Source of the DNA: Verrucomicrobiaceae bacterium
GTDB lineage: Bacteria > Verrucomicrobiota > Verrucomicrobiia > Opitutales > Intestinicryptomonadaceae
Length of the DNA: 64,000 bases
NCBI GenBank assembly: GCA_015061955.1
Contig: SUVO01000001.1
Coordinates: 2,233 to 66,232 of the forward strand
Direction of reading: 5' to 3'
The notes beneath the pieces were generated by a model. That model was given only the letters and a program-made list of their open reading frames with translations, was not told the origin of the DNA and did not search any database. Shown piece by piece: positions 1 to 11,507 of the stretch (the first letter of the stretch is position 1; the number at the start of each line of letters is the position of its first letter). The translations under genes were made by a program, and so were the position numbers.

Positions 1-222
1 ATAATTCAAGAATCGGTAATATTGTCGGTTATGGGGTTTATTCCAGGTTCGTTGTTAGCTGGCGTGTTGTATAAACTTACTCGCGATATTGGTAATATGC
101 CAACTTATATGTCGGTTTCAAGTTTGGTAATAGTATTTGGTTTAACAGTGTCGATGTGCGTTGTTGCAGGGCTTTTAGCAACAAGAAAACTTCGCAATGC
201 AAACCCAGCAGATATATTTTAA
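1..222 (+). CDS. C-terminal fragment of an integral membrane protein, possibly an ABC-type or FtsX-like permease. The reading frame is open from window position 1.
   Basis: The frame is open from nt 1 to the stop at 222. The translation is hydrophobic, helix-like and ends in a basic tail (...LATRKLRNANPADIF). No stronger family assignment is possible from 73 residues. Confidence 0.3.
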   Translation: MIQESVILSVMGFIPGSLLAGVLYKLTRDIGNMPTYMSVSSLVIVFGLTVSMCVVAGLLATRKLRNANPADIF

Positions 223-234
223 ATAGATAAGAAA

Positions 235-1650
235 ATGAAAAAAACATCTCAAAAATCAAAAAAATCACAGGCTACATGGGGCGGAAGATTTTCGCAGGCT
301 CCAAGCGAATTAATGTTGAAATTTGGCGAGTCGGTCTCGTTCGATAGTGCGTTGGCACAATTCGATATTCAAGGGTCGACAGCTCACGCAAAAATGCTTG
401 CCGATGTTGGTATTATTTCAAAAAAAGAATGTGCAGATATAGTTGCAGGACTCCAGAAAATTCTCAAGAAAATCGAAGCTGGTGAGTTTGAATGGAATGA
501 AGCTTTAGAAGATGTTCATATGAACATTGAACAAGCGTTAACTAAAGAAGTTCCAGCAGCAGCAAAACTCCATACAGCACGTAGTCGCAACGACCAAGTT
601 GCAACCGATATGCGTTTATTCTTTAAATCGGCAACTGTTGAAATTATTTTGAAGCTAAAAAATTTGCTATCAAATTTATTAGATTTAGCCGAAAAAAATA
701 TAAATGTGTATATTCCTGGTTATACTCATTTACAACGCGCACAACCAGTGAGTGTGGCTCATCATATTTTAGCATGGTGTGAAATGCTTTACAGAGATGT
801 TGAACGTTTCCAGTTTGTGTACGATGGTGCAAATGTATCGCCATTGGGTAGTGGTGCTATAGCTGGTACTACATTGCCAATTGATAGAGCAATATCGGCA
901 CGCTATATGGGATTTGTTGATGAAACCGACACTCCAGTTGTAACTGGAAATTCTATGGACGCTGTCGCCGATAGAGATGTGTTCTTCGAGTTCGCTTTTG
1001 CTTGCGCAACTATGGCAGTTCATTTCAGCAGAATTGCAGAAGATGTAATTATTTGGAACTCGTCGGAATTTGGTTTTGTTCGCTTGCCCGACACGTTTAC
1101 AACAGGGTCGTCGTTAATGCCTCAAAAGAAAAATCCTGATTCGTTCGAGCTTATGCGTGGTAAGTCGGCAAGAATGATTGGTAATTTAAATACTTTGATG
1201 TTGCTTGTGAAAGGTCTTCCTCTTACATATAACAGAGACTTGCAAGAAGATAAACCACCAGTGTTCGATTCGTTCAAGCAAGCATGTATGTGCTTAGATG
1301 TGTTGTCGGCATGCTCGGTAGATATTGAATTCAATAAACAGAAATGCGCCGAAGCTGTATCAGATCCATTGTTGTTGGCTACCGATTTGGCAGACTACTT
1401 TGTAATGCAAGGCGTACCTTTCCGCAATGCGCATCATATGGTTGGGGCAATAGTGGCATTGTCGGAGAAAACAGGTGTGCCAATTAATGAGCTTGCAGAT
1501 GAAGAAATTTTTGCAATTTGTCCGAATGCTAAGAAAGATTGGCGTAGTGTTTTCAATCTTGAGCGAGCATTTGAAATGCGCAAAGGCATAGGTATGCCCA
1601 ATTTGAAGTTGATTGCTAAGCAAATTGAAAATTTTAGAGATTTAATATAA
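235..1650 (+). CDS. argH: argininosuccinate lyase
   Basis: 471 aa with the N-terminal WGGRFS motif. Fumarate-lyase family signatures (GSSxMPQKKNP and [10 protein letters not shown]) are conserved throughout. Confidence 0.9.
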   Translation: MKKTSQKSKKSQATWGGRFSQAPSELMLKFGESVSFDSALAQFDIQGSTAHAKMLADVGIISKKECADIVAGLQKILKKIEAGEFEWNEALEDVHMNIEQALTKEVPAAAKLHTARSRNDQVATDMRLFFKSATVEIILKLKNLLSNLLDLAEKNINVYIPGYTHLQRAQPVSVAHHILAWCEMLYRDVERFQFVYDGANVSPLGSGAIAGTTLPIDRAISARYMGFVDETDTPVVTGNSMDAVADRDVFFEFAFACATMAVHFSRIAEDVIIWNSSEFGFVRLPDTFTTGSSLMPQKKNPDSFELMRGKSARMIGNLNTLMLLVKGLPLTYNRDLQEDKPPVFDSFKQACMCLDVLSACSVDIEFNKQKCAEAVSDPLLLATDLADYFVMQGVPFRNAHHMVGAIVALSEKTGVPINELADEEIFAICPNAKKDWRSVFNLERAFEMRKGIGMPNLKLIAKQIENFRDLI

Positions 1651-1672
1651 GGTTTTTAGTTATTTTATTGCA

Positions 1673-1710
1673 AAAGGTTCTTTCGAGAACCTTTTTTTAT
1701 TTTTTTTTTG
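1673..1710 (+). terminator. rho-independent terminator after argH
   Basis: Stem aaaggttct (1673-1681) pairs with agaaccttt (1686-1694), loop ttcg, followed by a T-run of more than 10 nt. Confidence 0.6.
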
Positions 1711-1766
1711 AAAATTTACATAAAAATATCTTGCATTTTTACATTAATTTGTCTTGGTATTTTACC

Positions 1767-2606
1767 ATGGAATTTTTTATATATAGTACTGCTTTAAAAA
1801 CAAATCTTTTGGCTTCAGCGCTAATAGATTATTTCAGGGATTCTAACTTAGCTGGTCAGGCAATCGTTGTTATTTTGTTTCTTATGAGTGTTGTTGCATG
1901 GGCTGTTATGTTTATGAAATACGCCGACTTATCTACAATAGAGGAGTTAAATATCAAAGCTGCAAAATGTGTAAAAAGTAGTGCAAGTTTGATAAATGCA
2001 GTAAGTAGTGTACGTTCAATTCCGAGTCCGTATTCTGTATTGCTAAAAGAAGCTTTAAATGCACGTTCAGACGCAGGTAATTGCAAGAATGTAAATATGA
2101 AAATTACAATGGTTGAAAATGCTCTTGCACGTGGATTGGCTCGTCAGATATCAAAATACGAAGAAAAAATGACTCTTTTAGGTACTGTTATTAGTGGTGC
2201 GCCATTCTTGGGACTTTTGGGTACTGCTTGGGGGGTTATGGATTGCTTCGGCTCAATGAGTGGTCAAACTTCGGTAACATTGCAACAGCTTGCTCCAGGG
2301 GTATCGGGTGCTTTGTTGACAACCGTTGCTGGCTTGGTTGTGGCTATTCCTTCTGTTTTCGGCTATAACTTTTTGAGCACGAAAATCAAAAAAATGATTG
2401 TTGATACAGAAAATTTTGCAGGATTGCTCTCCGACAAAGTTACAGTAGAAGCTATGTCGGAAGATTCTCCAGCGGTAGCAACGCGCGAACCTAAGCAAAC
2501 ACCATTGGTAGAGCGCGTTGTTAAAGGCTCAGCAGAAGCTGACAAGGTGATAGATTTTAGCCTTGATGATGATTCTATTGAGATGTCGAATTTTGATGAT
2601 GAATAA
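1767..2606 (+). CDS. exbB: MotA/TolQ/ExbB-family proton channel
   Basis: Three-TM topology with the typical MotA/TolQ/ExbB C-terminal helix pair (GLLGTAWGVMDCF...LLTTVAGLVVAIP). The start is set at the ATG at 1767 because the longer ORF beginning at 1668 runs through the argH terminator hairpin. Confidence 0.75.
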   Translation: MEFFIYSTALKTNLLASALIDYFRDSNLAGQAIVVILFLMSVVAWAVMFMKYADLSTIEELNIKAAKCVKSSASLINAVSSVRSIPSPYSVLLKEALNARSDAGNCKNVNMKITMVENALARGLARQISKYEEKMTLLGTVISGAPFLGLLGTAWGVMDCFGSMSGQTSVTLQQLAPGVSGALLTTVAGLVVAIPSVFGYNFLSTKIKKMIVDTENFAGLLSDKVTVEAMSEDSPAVATREPKQTPLVERVVKGSAEADKVIDFSLDDDSIEMSNFDDE

Positions 2607-2608
2607 TA

Positions 2609-3019
2609 ATGAAGCCACGTCATAGAGAATCGTTGTCGATTATGACAGAACTCAACGTTACGCCATTGATGGACTTGGCGTTTTCGTTGTTGATTATCTT
2701 CATGATTTCAACCCCACTATTAGAGCAAACTATACCTATAAATTTGCCTAAACAAGATGAACATACTGCAAGTAAACGCCCTGAAATAGATTTTCAGATA
2801 ATATCTATAAATAAAAGTGGTCAGATATATTGGGGTAAACAACCTGTTAGTATGGACGAACTAAATAATTTGTTGCACTCTATTGCCGGAAAAAAAGAGC
2901 CTCCAGCTATTAGTTTGCGTGCCGATTTTACTTTGCCATATCAAAAAATAGTCGACGTAATCGACGCTATAAAACGTAATAATTTAACAAAATTGCATCT
3001 AGATACGGAAGTAAAATAA
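2609..3019 (+). CDS. exbD: biopolymer transport protein ExbD/TolR
   Basis: About 136 aa with a single N-terminal TM helix (LNVTPLMDLAFSLLIIFM) and a periplasmic domain. It sits directly after exbB and before tonB; the true start may be the internal ATG at 2642. Confidence 0.75.
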   Translation: MKPRHRESLSIMTELNVTPLMDLAFSLLIIFMISTPLLEQTIPINLPKQDEHTASKRPEIDFQIISINKSGQIYWGKQPVSMDELNNLLHSIAGKKEPPAISLRADFTLPYQKIVDVIDAIKRNNLTKLHLDTEVK

Positions 3020-3828
3020 TGGCAAGTAATAATGTAAAGTTGGGTTATGTTTATTCGTTGGCTTTGCATATATTGATTGCAATTGCTATGTTTGCTTGGG
3101 CGTTGATTGATGTTCTGTTCCCCAAAGAAACAGTCGAAAATAAGTTGGTCTTTGAGATGGTTGAGCCATCAGAAAATCCTCCAGCACCACCTCCACCACC
3201 AACTGCTCCAGATACTCCACAAATAGAGGTTGAAAAGGTAAAAGAGATAGAGCCTATTGACATTCCAGATCCAACACCCCCTGAACCAGAGCCTACACCT
3301 CCAGAGCCTACACCAACTCCACCAAAAGACGACGCTCCGGTAGTTAAGCCTAAGCCAACACCTACACCTCCTAAAAAGGTCGATTTTAACGAGTGGAAAA
3401 AGAAAAATAAAAATAGAGCAACAAATCGTACTAATACTACTCCTCCAAAGAGAAAAGCAGTAAAGATTGGTCCGATAACATCAAAACATACTTCTATAAA
3501 TTCAATTTCCGATATAAAATCGCCAGCATCAAGTTCTATGTCGAATAGTGCAATGCGCGATGCTTTTGCTGAATATACAAATGCAATTTATATAATAGCA
3601 AAACGTAATTGGAAGCGACCCATGGTAAGTAGCGATATTTCTACTTTGTCGGCAAAGGTAACTTTCAGAGTAAGCAAAAATGGCATAATAAGTAATGTTC
3701 GCATTATTGAATCAAGTGGTGATAAAGATTTTGATAATTCGGTTATTCAAGTGTTCAAAATCATAACAATTCCACCACCACCCGATAATGCATCGCACAA
3801 CGTAAATATTACCTTTAGAGGTAGGTAA
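3019..3828 (+). CDS. tonB: energy transducer TonB
   Basis: N-terminal TM helix, a Pro-rich spacer (PPAPPPPPTAP...PEPEPTPPEPTPTPP) and a C-terminal TonB-like domain. Its start codon overlaps the exbD stop, indicating operonic coupling. Confidence 0.7.
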   Translation: MASNNVKLGYVYSLALHILIAIAMFAWALIDVLFPKETVENKLVFEMVEPSENPPAPPPPPTAPDTPQIEVEKVKEIEPIDIPDPTPPEPEPTPPEPTPTPPKDDAPVVKPKPTPTPPKKVDFNEWKKKNKNRATNRTNTTPPKRKAVKIGPITSKHTSINSISDIKSPASSSMSNSAMRDAFAEYTNAIYIIAKRNWKRPMVSSDISTLSAKVTFRVSKNGIISNVRIIESSGDKDFDNSVIQVFKIITIPPPPDNASHNVNITFRGR

Positions 3829-3846
3829 TATACGTAATGTTGTTAG

Positions 3847-3897
3847 AAAACGCACAAGAAAATACAAAATATTGTTTGTCTTGTGCGTTTTTTTTCC
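3847..3897 (+). terminator. terminator hairpin after tonB
   Basis: aaaacgcacaag (3847-3858) is complementary to cttgtgcgtttt (3880-3891) and is followed by a T-run. The loop is long, about 21 nt. Confidence 0.45.
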
Positions 3898-3913
3898 GTA
3901 TAAATAGATGTAA

Positions 3914-5230
<1,317 letters not shown>

Positions 5231-5296
5231 ATAAAATTGGTCTTGTTATGTGCTAATGCTTGACTTTATTTGAGTTGTAGCATTTTATAAGGCCTT

Positions 5297-7048
5297 ATGA
5301 GATGCTTATTTTTATTATTGCTATTTCTGTTCTTAACACCTGCTTTGAAGTTATTTGGTGTAAGTGTAGATTTGCCAGAATTACCTAAAACTCCAGTTTC
5401 ACAGTTAGGTATGGGTCAGTTGAGCGAAGTATTGAGTACTAATTCAACTGAAGCGTGGAATACTATCGCCGAAGAAGCAAAACAAAAGGCGTTGTCTCTT
5501 GCACAATCTGGCGATATAAAACAAGCATCGAATTGGTTGTATACTTCGCTTGCAGCATCGGTTTGTGGTAGAGAAGGCGAAAAAATGCCAATCGAGTTAA
5601 AACGAATTTTTATTGAAAATATTCCAGTTTTTTTTGATTTCTACGAATCTCTTACAAAATACGATTCTTTAAGTAATGCTTGCGATGTTGCTACTCAATT
5701 ATTCATAAATCAACCTGCTCAAGCAAAAAAATATTTTAGAGCAACATTAGCGTTAGCTCTTATTTACGATGTATCGTTGCCACCAAATTGGCCACGTTGC
5801 AATGTTGTTGATGAGCCTACGCAAGTTTCAATGCCTCAAGAAATCTTCTTGTATCTGACTTTGCATGCCGACAAATTGGCATTCGACTTAAACAAACTTT
5901 CAATTGCCGAGTTAATTCATGTTATGGGGCTTTGTGGTCCGTTGCCAGAGCTTGAAAAAGTTTTTGTTGAAAATATTAAATTGCGCGAAATTGAAAATGT
6001 ACAAACATCAATAAAAACCGATAGTTCGCGTGCTCGTGGTGCGAAAAGTAAAGATTGGGACACCACTAAAAATGATTTTACTTTAGAAAATATAAAGCGA
6101 CTTGGTGCAACTCCATACGAAAAAACTTTCTATGCGTGGCGTTTAGCAAATGCCAATGGTATACCATGCTTGTTTTTTAACGATTCAGTTCGTAGTACAA
6201 AATTTGCATGGTTGGCATATATGAATGGTGCAGGTACTTGGAAGTTTGATGTTTTTAGAGATCCAGCATCGAAAATGCTTTTTGGCGCTCCTTTAAATCC
6301 ACAAACATGGAAACCTATTACAATGTTTGATTTGCACAGATTGGTAAAGCGCGAGCATATTACAGAAAAATCAGCACAAAGTATTGTGTTGTATCGTTTA
6401 GCTCAGTTGTTGTCTGATGCTGGTAAATATGCACTTGCTCGAGATTTTGCAAAAAAGGCTCTTGAGGAAAATCCACTAAATTGGCGTGCGTATAGTTTAT
6501 TGATTCCTTCTATGGCTCGTTGTGGGGCATCGTCTAAAGAATTAGATGAAGTTTATAGGCAGAGCTTTGAGGCATTTAAAGATTTTCCAGAGCAGTCCAC
6601 CAAAATGTTAAATTTGTATCGTGATAATTTGATAGCTCGCAAAAAAGCAAAAGAAGCCGATACTTTATTCCACAATGCAATGAAGCCAATTAACCGAGCA
6701 AATCCGGGTTTGGTGGCTGTTTTGTACGGCGATGTGTTAGAAGATATGTTGTCGAGAGCTAAGTCGGATTCTGAAGCATTAAGTGTTTTTAAGAACGTGA
6801 TGCGTTATTCATCAAAAGCTCCAGTTCAATTTTACGATTATGTGGCAAAACCATCTATCGAATACTTTTGGAAGAAAAACGATAGAAAATCGGCATTTGC
6901 GGCAATAAAAATAACATCATCGTTGGCAAGATCAAATAGCTATGTTGAAAATGCTTTAAACGATATAAAAATCAAGTTTGAAGATGAAATTAAACTTGAA
7001 AAACAAGGACCTACCGCAGAGAAAAAACCTAAACCATTTTACGAATAG
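5297..7048 (+). CDS. hypothetical secreted protein (583 aa)
   Basis: Long ORF with a hydrophobic, signal-like N-terminus. I recognise no family. Confidence 0.35.
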   Translation: MRCLFLLLLFLFLTPALKLFGVSVDLPELPKTPVSQLGMGQLSEVLSTNSTEAWNTIAEEAKQKALSLAQSGDIKQASNWLYTSLAASVCGREGEKMPIELKRIFIENIPVFFDFYESLTKYDSLSNACDVATQLFINQPAQAKKYFRATLALALIYDVSLPPNWPRCNVVDEPTQVSMPQEIFLYLTLHADKLAFDLNKLSIAELIHVMGLCGPLPELEKVFVENIKLREIENVQTSIKTDSSRARGAKSKDWDTTKNDFTLENIKRLGATPYEKTFYAWRLANANGIPCLFFNDSVRSTKFAWLAYMNGAGTWKFDVFRDPASKMLFGAPLNPQTWKPITMFDLHRLVKREHITEKSAQSIVLYRLAQLLSDAGKYALARDFAKKALEENPLNWRAYSLLIPSMARCGASSKELDEVYRQSFEAFKDFPEQSTKMLNLYRDNLIARKKAKEADTLFHNAMKPINRANPGLVAVLYGDVLEDMLSRAKSDSEALSVFKNVMRYSSKAPVQFYDYVAKPSIEYFWKKNDRKSAFAAIKITSSLARSNSYVENALNDIKIKFEDEIKLEKQGPTAEKKPKPFYE

Positions 7049-7059
7049 CGAGGAATGTT

Positions 7060-8253
7060 TTGAAAATTCTAAAGAATTTAAAAAGTAAATTAAAAAACTA
7101 TTCACAACGCTTCGCCCATTTTACAGCAGATGTAATTTATGATAGAGCCGATGGCTTTACTGCTATTATTTATGGAGGTTTGTTGTATTGTTTATCCTTT
7201 ATTTTTGAAGGTATAGCACGTTTGCGTTTTTATATGTACAACAAACGAATTTTGCGAGATGCTCCGTTGGGGTGTTTGGTTGTTGTTGTTGGTAATTTGA
7301 CTGTTGGTGGTACTGGTAAAACACCTATCGTTGAAAAATTTGCAAAGTCGCTTGCCGATAGAGGTAGAAAAGTTGCAATATTAAGCCGAGGCTACAAAAG
7401 TAAATCGGATAGTACTTTTAACAAAATTATAAGATGGTTTACGCATGGCGAATCTCCAAAACCTCGTGTTGTTTCTAACGGGGATAAAGTTTTGTTAGAC
7501 TCGTCTGTTGCAGGTGATGAACCATTTATGTTGGCTCGAAATCTCCCTGGGGTGATTGTGATTGTAGATAAAAATAGAGTCAGAGCAGGGCATTATGCTA
7601 TTACTGAATTTGGTGCCGATACCCTCATTTTAGACGATGGTTTTCAGTATCTGCCATTGCGTGGTCAACTTCAACTTTTGTTGGTCGATAAAACTAATCC
7701 TTTTGGGAACCGACGCTTGTTGCCTCGTGGAATTTTGCGTGAACCAGTGTCGCATTTAAAACGTGCTTCGTACATATTTTTAACAAAGAGCGATGGCGAA
7801 AAAGACTTCGAGCTTGAACAAACAATACGTCAGTACAACAAAACTGCCGAAATTATAGAATGCGCTCATAAGCTTAGATATTTAGTAGATTTTTCAACTA
7901 ATGAACGTTTCGAGCTTTCGTATCTTAAAGATAAAAAGATTGCCTGCTTTTCGGCTATTGCAGCTCCTGAAAGTTTTGAGAGATTTTTGCGTGAATTTGG
8001 TGCTAAGCTCGTTTATAAAAAACGTTTCCTCGACCACCACAGATTTACTGAAGACGAACTTAACGAAGTATTTTTAAATGCCAAAAATGCAGGTGCCGAA
8101 TTTATTGTTACTACTGAAAAAGACTCGGTTAGAATTGATTCTGCGTATAAGTCGGTAATTCCTTTCTACTATACCAAACTTGAAATTGAAATTCTAAGTG
8201 GGACAGAAGACTTCAATAAAGCTGTTGAACGCATTTGTTTCCCAGAGTTGTAA
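7060..8253 (+). CDS. lpxK: tetraacyldisaccharide 4'-kinase
   Basis: Walker A motif [13 protein letters not shown], an N-terminal membrane helix and the C-terminal DHH...TEKD region. It uses a TTG start at 7060 with an aggaa RBS. Confidence 0.8.
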   Translation: MKILKNLKSKLKNYSQRFAHFTADVIYDRADGFTAIIYGGLLYCLSFIFEGIARLRFYMYNKRILRDAPLGCLVVVVGNLTVGGTGKTPIVEKFAKSLADRGRKVAILSRGYKSKSDSTFNKIIRWFTHGESPKPRVVSNGDKVLLDSSVAGDEPFMLARNLPGVIVIVDKNRVRAGHYAITEFGADTLILDDGFQYLPLRGQLQLLLVDKTNPFGNRRLLPRGILREPVSHLKRASYIFLTKSDGEKDFELEQTIRQYNKTAEIIECAHKLRYLVDFSTNERFELSYLKDKKIACFSAIAAPESFERFLREFGAKLVYKKRFLDHHRFTEDELNEVFLNAKNAGAEFIVTTEKDSVRIDSAYKSVIPFYYTKLEIEILSGTEDFNKAVERICFPEL

Positions 8254-8265
8254 AAACTTCGTAAA

Positions 8266-9117
8266 ATGAAAGAGAAAGATTTTGCAGCAATGTTGTCGGT
8301 TGTGGCGGCTGGAGGGCTTACGCTTGCCAAGATTGTTGTAGGGGTTGCTACGGGGAGTTTAGGGATTATTTCTGAAGCGTTGCATTCGGCATTAGATTTA
8401 TTGGCTGCAGGTATGACTTGGTTTGCCGTAAAATTGTCCGACAAACCTGCCGATAAAGAACACAATTTTGGACACGGGAAAATTGAAAATCTTTCAGCAT
8501 TGTTCGAATCGGTTTTATTGTTGGCTACTTGTGTATGGGTTATATACGAAGCCATTTCAAGATTGTATTACAAAGATACTGCGTTTTCGTTAAGTGCGTG
8601 GGCTTTTGCTGTTGTTGTGGTATCAATAATTGTTGATTTTTTCAGATCTCGTCATCTGATGAATACTGCAAAAAAATACAATAGCCAAGCCTTAGAAGCC
8701 GACGCTTTGCATTTTTCAATCGATATGTTAAGCTCGTTTGTTGTGTTGATTGGGTTGGTGGCATCGTATTTAGGCTACGATTTTGCCGATAGCATTGCGG
8801 CATTGGGCGTTTCGGTTATAGTTGCGTGGGTGTCGTTGAAACTTTCATATAGGGCAATAAATGCTTTGTTAGATACAGCACCTGTCGGAATTGTCGAACA
8901 AATTGATGGTGTGTTGTCTTCGATATCAGACATAAAAAAATGGCACGATTTGCGTGTGCGTAGCAATGGTTGTGGGTATGAAATCGATATAAATATCCAT
9001 GTAAAACCCAATCTAACTTTGGTTGAAGCTCATGAAATATCGGAACGATTGGAAAATGAAATTCGTACATTGATAGGTGTTGCAACAATAAATGTTCATG
9101 TTGAACCCGATGATTAG
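8266..9117 (+). CDS. cation diffusion facilitator family transporter
   Basis: CDF signature (SEALHSALDLLAAGMTWFAVKLSDKPADKEHNFGHGKIENLSAL), six TM segments and a C-terminal cytoplasmic domain. Confidence 0.8.
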   Translation: MKEKDFAAMLSVVAAGGLTLAKIVVGVATGSLGIISEALHSALDLLAAGMTWFAVKLSDKPADKEHNFGHGKIENLSALFESVLLLATCVWVIYEAISRLYYKDTAFSLSAWAFAVVVVSIIVDFFRSRHLMNTAKKYNSQALEADALHFSIDMLSSFVVLIGLVASYLGYDFADSIAALGVSVIVAWVSLKLSYRAINALLDTAPVGIVEQIDGVLSSISDIKKWHDLRVRSNGCGYEIDINIHVKPNLTLVEAHEISERLENEIRTLIGVATINVHVEPDD

Positions 9118-9174
9118 TGCTTTTTTTTATTGTCAATAATGTTAAAAATCGGTGTATGATGTTATAAATATTGT

Positions 9175-9203
9175 TTGACCTTTTTTGTGTTAGTTGGTAA
9201 AAT
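9175..9203 (+). promoter_or_regulatory. sigma70-like promoter upstream of the glycoside hydrolase triplet
   Basis: TTGACC (9175-9180), a 17-nt spacer, then TAAAAT (9198-9203). It lies about 55 nt upstream of the aaggag RBS and the ATG at 9259. Confidence 0.35.
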
Positions 9204-9258
9204 CAATTTGTTGAGCTTTAAATTTTATTTATAGAAAACAAATAATCAAAGGAGTTGT

Positions 9259-10371
9259 ATGAAAATAAAATCATTTATAATTGGGGCGTTGTCGTTTGTA
9301 GTTGCCTCAACATCGTTTGCACGCGATGTTTGGACAGCCGAAGAAGCAAATGCGTGGTTTGCAAAACAACCATATAGAGCAGGTGTGAACTATATTCCAG
9401 CATATGCAATTAACGCAATAGAAATTTGGCAGAAAGAAACATTCGATATCAAAGTTATCGAAAAGGAGTTTGCCTTAATGCAGTCGATAGGTTTCAACGC
9501 AATTCGTGTGTTCCTTAATGATTTAGTTGTAAATGACGACCCCAAAGGTTTCCTTGAACGCTTCGAGCTTTTCCTCAAGACAGCCGACAAATACGATATT
9601 GGTGTTATGGTTGTATTCTTCACAAATGGAGGTAGAGACGATGCAAAGCTTGGCAAACAACCAGAGCCAAATGGCACTCACAATTCAGGTTGGAAAAAGC
9701 AACCCTCTTATAAAATCTTGGGCGATAGATCGAAATGGGGACACTTAGAAAAATATGTAAGAACAGTTGTTGGTGCTCACGCCAAAGACCCACGCATTAT
9801 TTGTTGGGATATCTTTAATGAACCTGGGAATATTCGTAGTGAACACATCGTTGGTGGTGGAGCAGGGCTTACAAAAGAACGCATAGAGTATTTGCAAGAT
9901 TGCGTTGTAGAAGTCATAAAATTAAGTTCGCAGTGGGCTCGTTCGTACGATCCAATTCAGCCAATTACATATGGTATGTGGGCTCGCTCTCCAGAGTTCA
10001 AAAAGAAGTTCGATAAAGTTCAGTTTGAAAATAGCGACGTTGTTTCGTATCACTCGTACGGAAATCTTCGTGAACAAATACTTCGTCATAAAGAGCTTAA
10101 AAAATTCAATAAGCCGGTATTCTGTAAAGAATGGATGGGCAGAATTTTGGGTAGTACATATAATCCAATATTGCAGTATCATAAGCAAAATAAAATTTGG
10201 TCGTTTGCATTTGGTTTAGTTGCAGGTAAAATGGAAACATGGCGTCCTTGGCCACATCATGATACTCCAGAAACAAAAGGTATATGGTTCCATGATTTGT
10301 ACAAGGCAGACCACACTCCATATTGCCCAGAAGAAATCGAATACATTAAGAGAGTTTTAAAAGATAAATAA
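9259..10371 (+). CDS. secreted clan GH-A (GH5-like) glycoside hydrolase, paralog 1 of 3
   Basis: Signal peptide followed by TIM-barrel motifs: NAIRVFLND, the WDIFNEPGN (NEP) acid/base and a CKEWMG putative nucleophile. About 65-70% identical to the next two ORFs. Confidence 0.55.
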   Translation: MKIKSFIIGALSFVVASTSFARDVWTAEEANAWFAKQPYRAGVNYIPAYAINAIEIWQKETFDIKVIEKEFALMQSIGFNAIRVFLNDLVVNDDPKGFLERFELFLKTADKYDIGVMVVFFTNGGRDDAKLGKQPEPNGTHNSGWKKQPSYKILGDRSKWGHLEKYVRTVVGAHAKDPRIICWDIFNEPGNIRSEHIVGGGAGLTKERIEYLQDCVVEVIKLSSQWARSYDPIQPITYGMWARSPEFKKKFDKVQFENSDVVSYHSYGNLREQILRHKELKKFNKPVFCKEWMGRILGSTYNPILQYHKQNKIWSFAFGLVAGKMETWRPWPHHDTPETKGIWFHDLYKADHTPYCPEEIEYIKRVLKDK

Positions 10372-10388
10372 AATAGAAAGATAAATAT

Positions 10389-11507
10389 ATGAAAATAAAA
10401 TCACTTATAATAGGAGCATTATCGTTGGTGGTTGCCTCAACCACGTTTGCACGCGATGTTTGGACAGCCGAAGAAGCAAATGCATGGTTTGATAAACAGC
10501 CATATAGAGCAGGGGTGAACTATATTCCAGCATACGCAATTAACGCAATAGAAATTTGGCAGAAAGAAACTTTCAATATCGAAGTTATCGAGAAGGAATT
10601 TGCACTCTTGCAAAAAACAGGTTTCAATGCAATTCGTGTGTTCCTTAATGATTTGGTTGTACACGACGACCCTAAAGGCTTCCTAGAACGCTTTGAGCTT
10701 TTCCTCCAAAAAGCTGATAAATACAACATCGGCGTAATGGTAGTTTTCTTCACAAACGGCGGTAAAGACGACGGGAAGTTAGGTAAACAGCCAGAGCCAG
10801 ATGGCACCCACAATTCAGGTTGGAAAAAACAGCCATCGTACTCAATCTTAGGTGATAAATCTAAATGGGGCTACTTAGAATTTTATGTAAAGACTGTCAT
10901 TAAAGCCCACGCAAAAGACCCACGTATTATTTGTTGGGACATCTTCAATGAACCTGGTAATATCACTAGTGTTCATATAGCAGGCGCTGAGAAAGGTTTA
11001 ATTCAAAAGCGAATTGAATATCTTGAAGATTGTTGCTACGACCTCATCAAAGAAAGTGCAAAGTGGGCTCGTTCTCTCGATCCAATTCAGCCAATTACTT
11101 TTGGTGTTCATCGTTATGACCATACGCCATTGGGTAAAAAGCTTAACGATCTTCAATATGCCGAAAGCGATATTATTTCGTATCACTCGTACGCAAATTT
11201 GTTAATTCAAGCAAATTTTGTAAAAAAGTTGAAGAGATTTAACAAACCATTGATGTGTAAAGAATGGATGGGTCGCAATCGTGGTAGTACGATAAATCCA
11301 ATCTTGGGCTTCCATAAGAAGAATAGAATTTGGTCGTTTATGTTCGGTTTTGTTGCTGGCAAAATAGAAACGTGGCGTCCTTGGAAGTTTGATGAAAATC
11401 CTCTCTCATCTGACGTTTGGTTCCACGATTTATATCATGCCGACCACACTCCATATTGCCCAGAAGAAATTGCTTACATCAAGCGTATTTTACAAGATAA
11501 AAAATGA
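10389..11507 (+). CDS. secreted clan GH-A (GH5-like) glycoside hydrolase, paralog 2 of 3
   Basis: Same architecture as 9259-10371. The first ~75 codons are near-identical at the nucleotide level to paralog 1. Confidence 0.55.
   Translation: MKIKSLIIGALSLVVASTTFARDVWTAEEANAWFDKQPYRAGVNYIPAYAINAIEIWQKETFNIEVIEKEFALLQKTGFNAIRVFLNDLVVHDDPKGFLERFELFLQKADKYNIGVMVVFFTNGGKDDGKLGKQPEPDGTHNSGWKKQPSYSILGDKSKWGYLEFYVKTVIKAHAKDPRIICWDIFNEPGNITSVHIAGAEKGLIQKRIEYLEDCCYDLIKESAKWARSLDPIQPITFGVHRYDHTPLGKKLNDLQYAESDIISYHSYANLLIQANFVKKLKRFNKPLMCKEWMGRNRGSTINPILGFHKKNRIWSFMFGFVAGKIETWRPWKFDENPLSSDVWFHDLYHADHTPYCPEEIAYIKRILQDKK

Noticed and set aside
1668-1766. Longer N-terminal extension of the exbB ORF starting at 1668.
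   Set aside because: The extension runs through the argH terminator hairpin and its T10 run. The ATG at 1767 gives a normal ExbB N-terminus.
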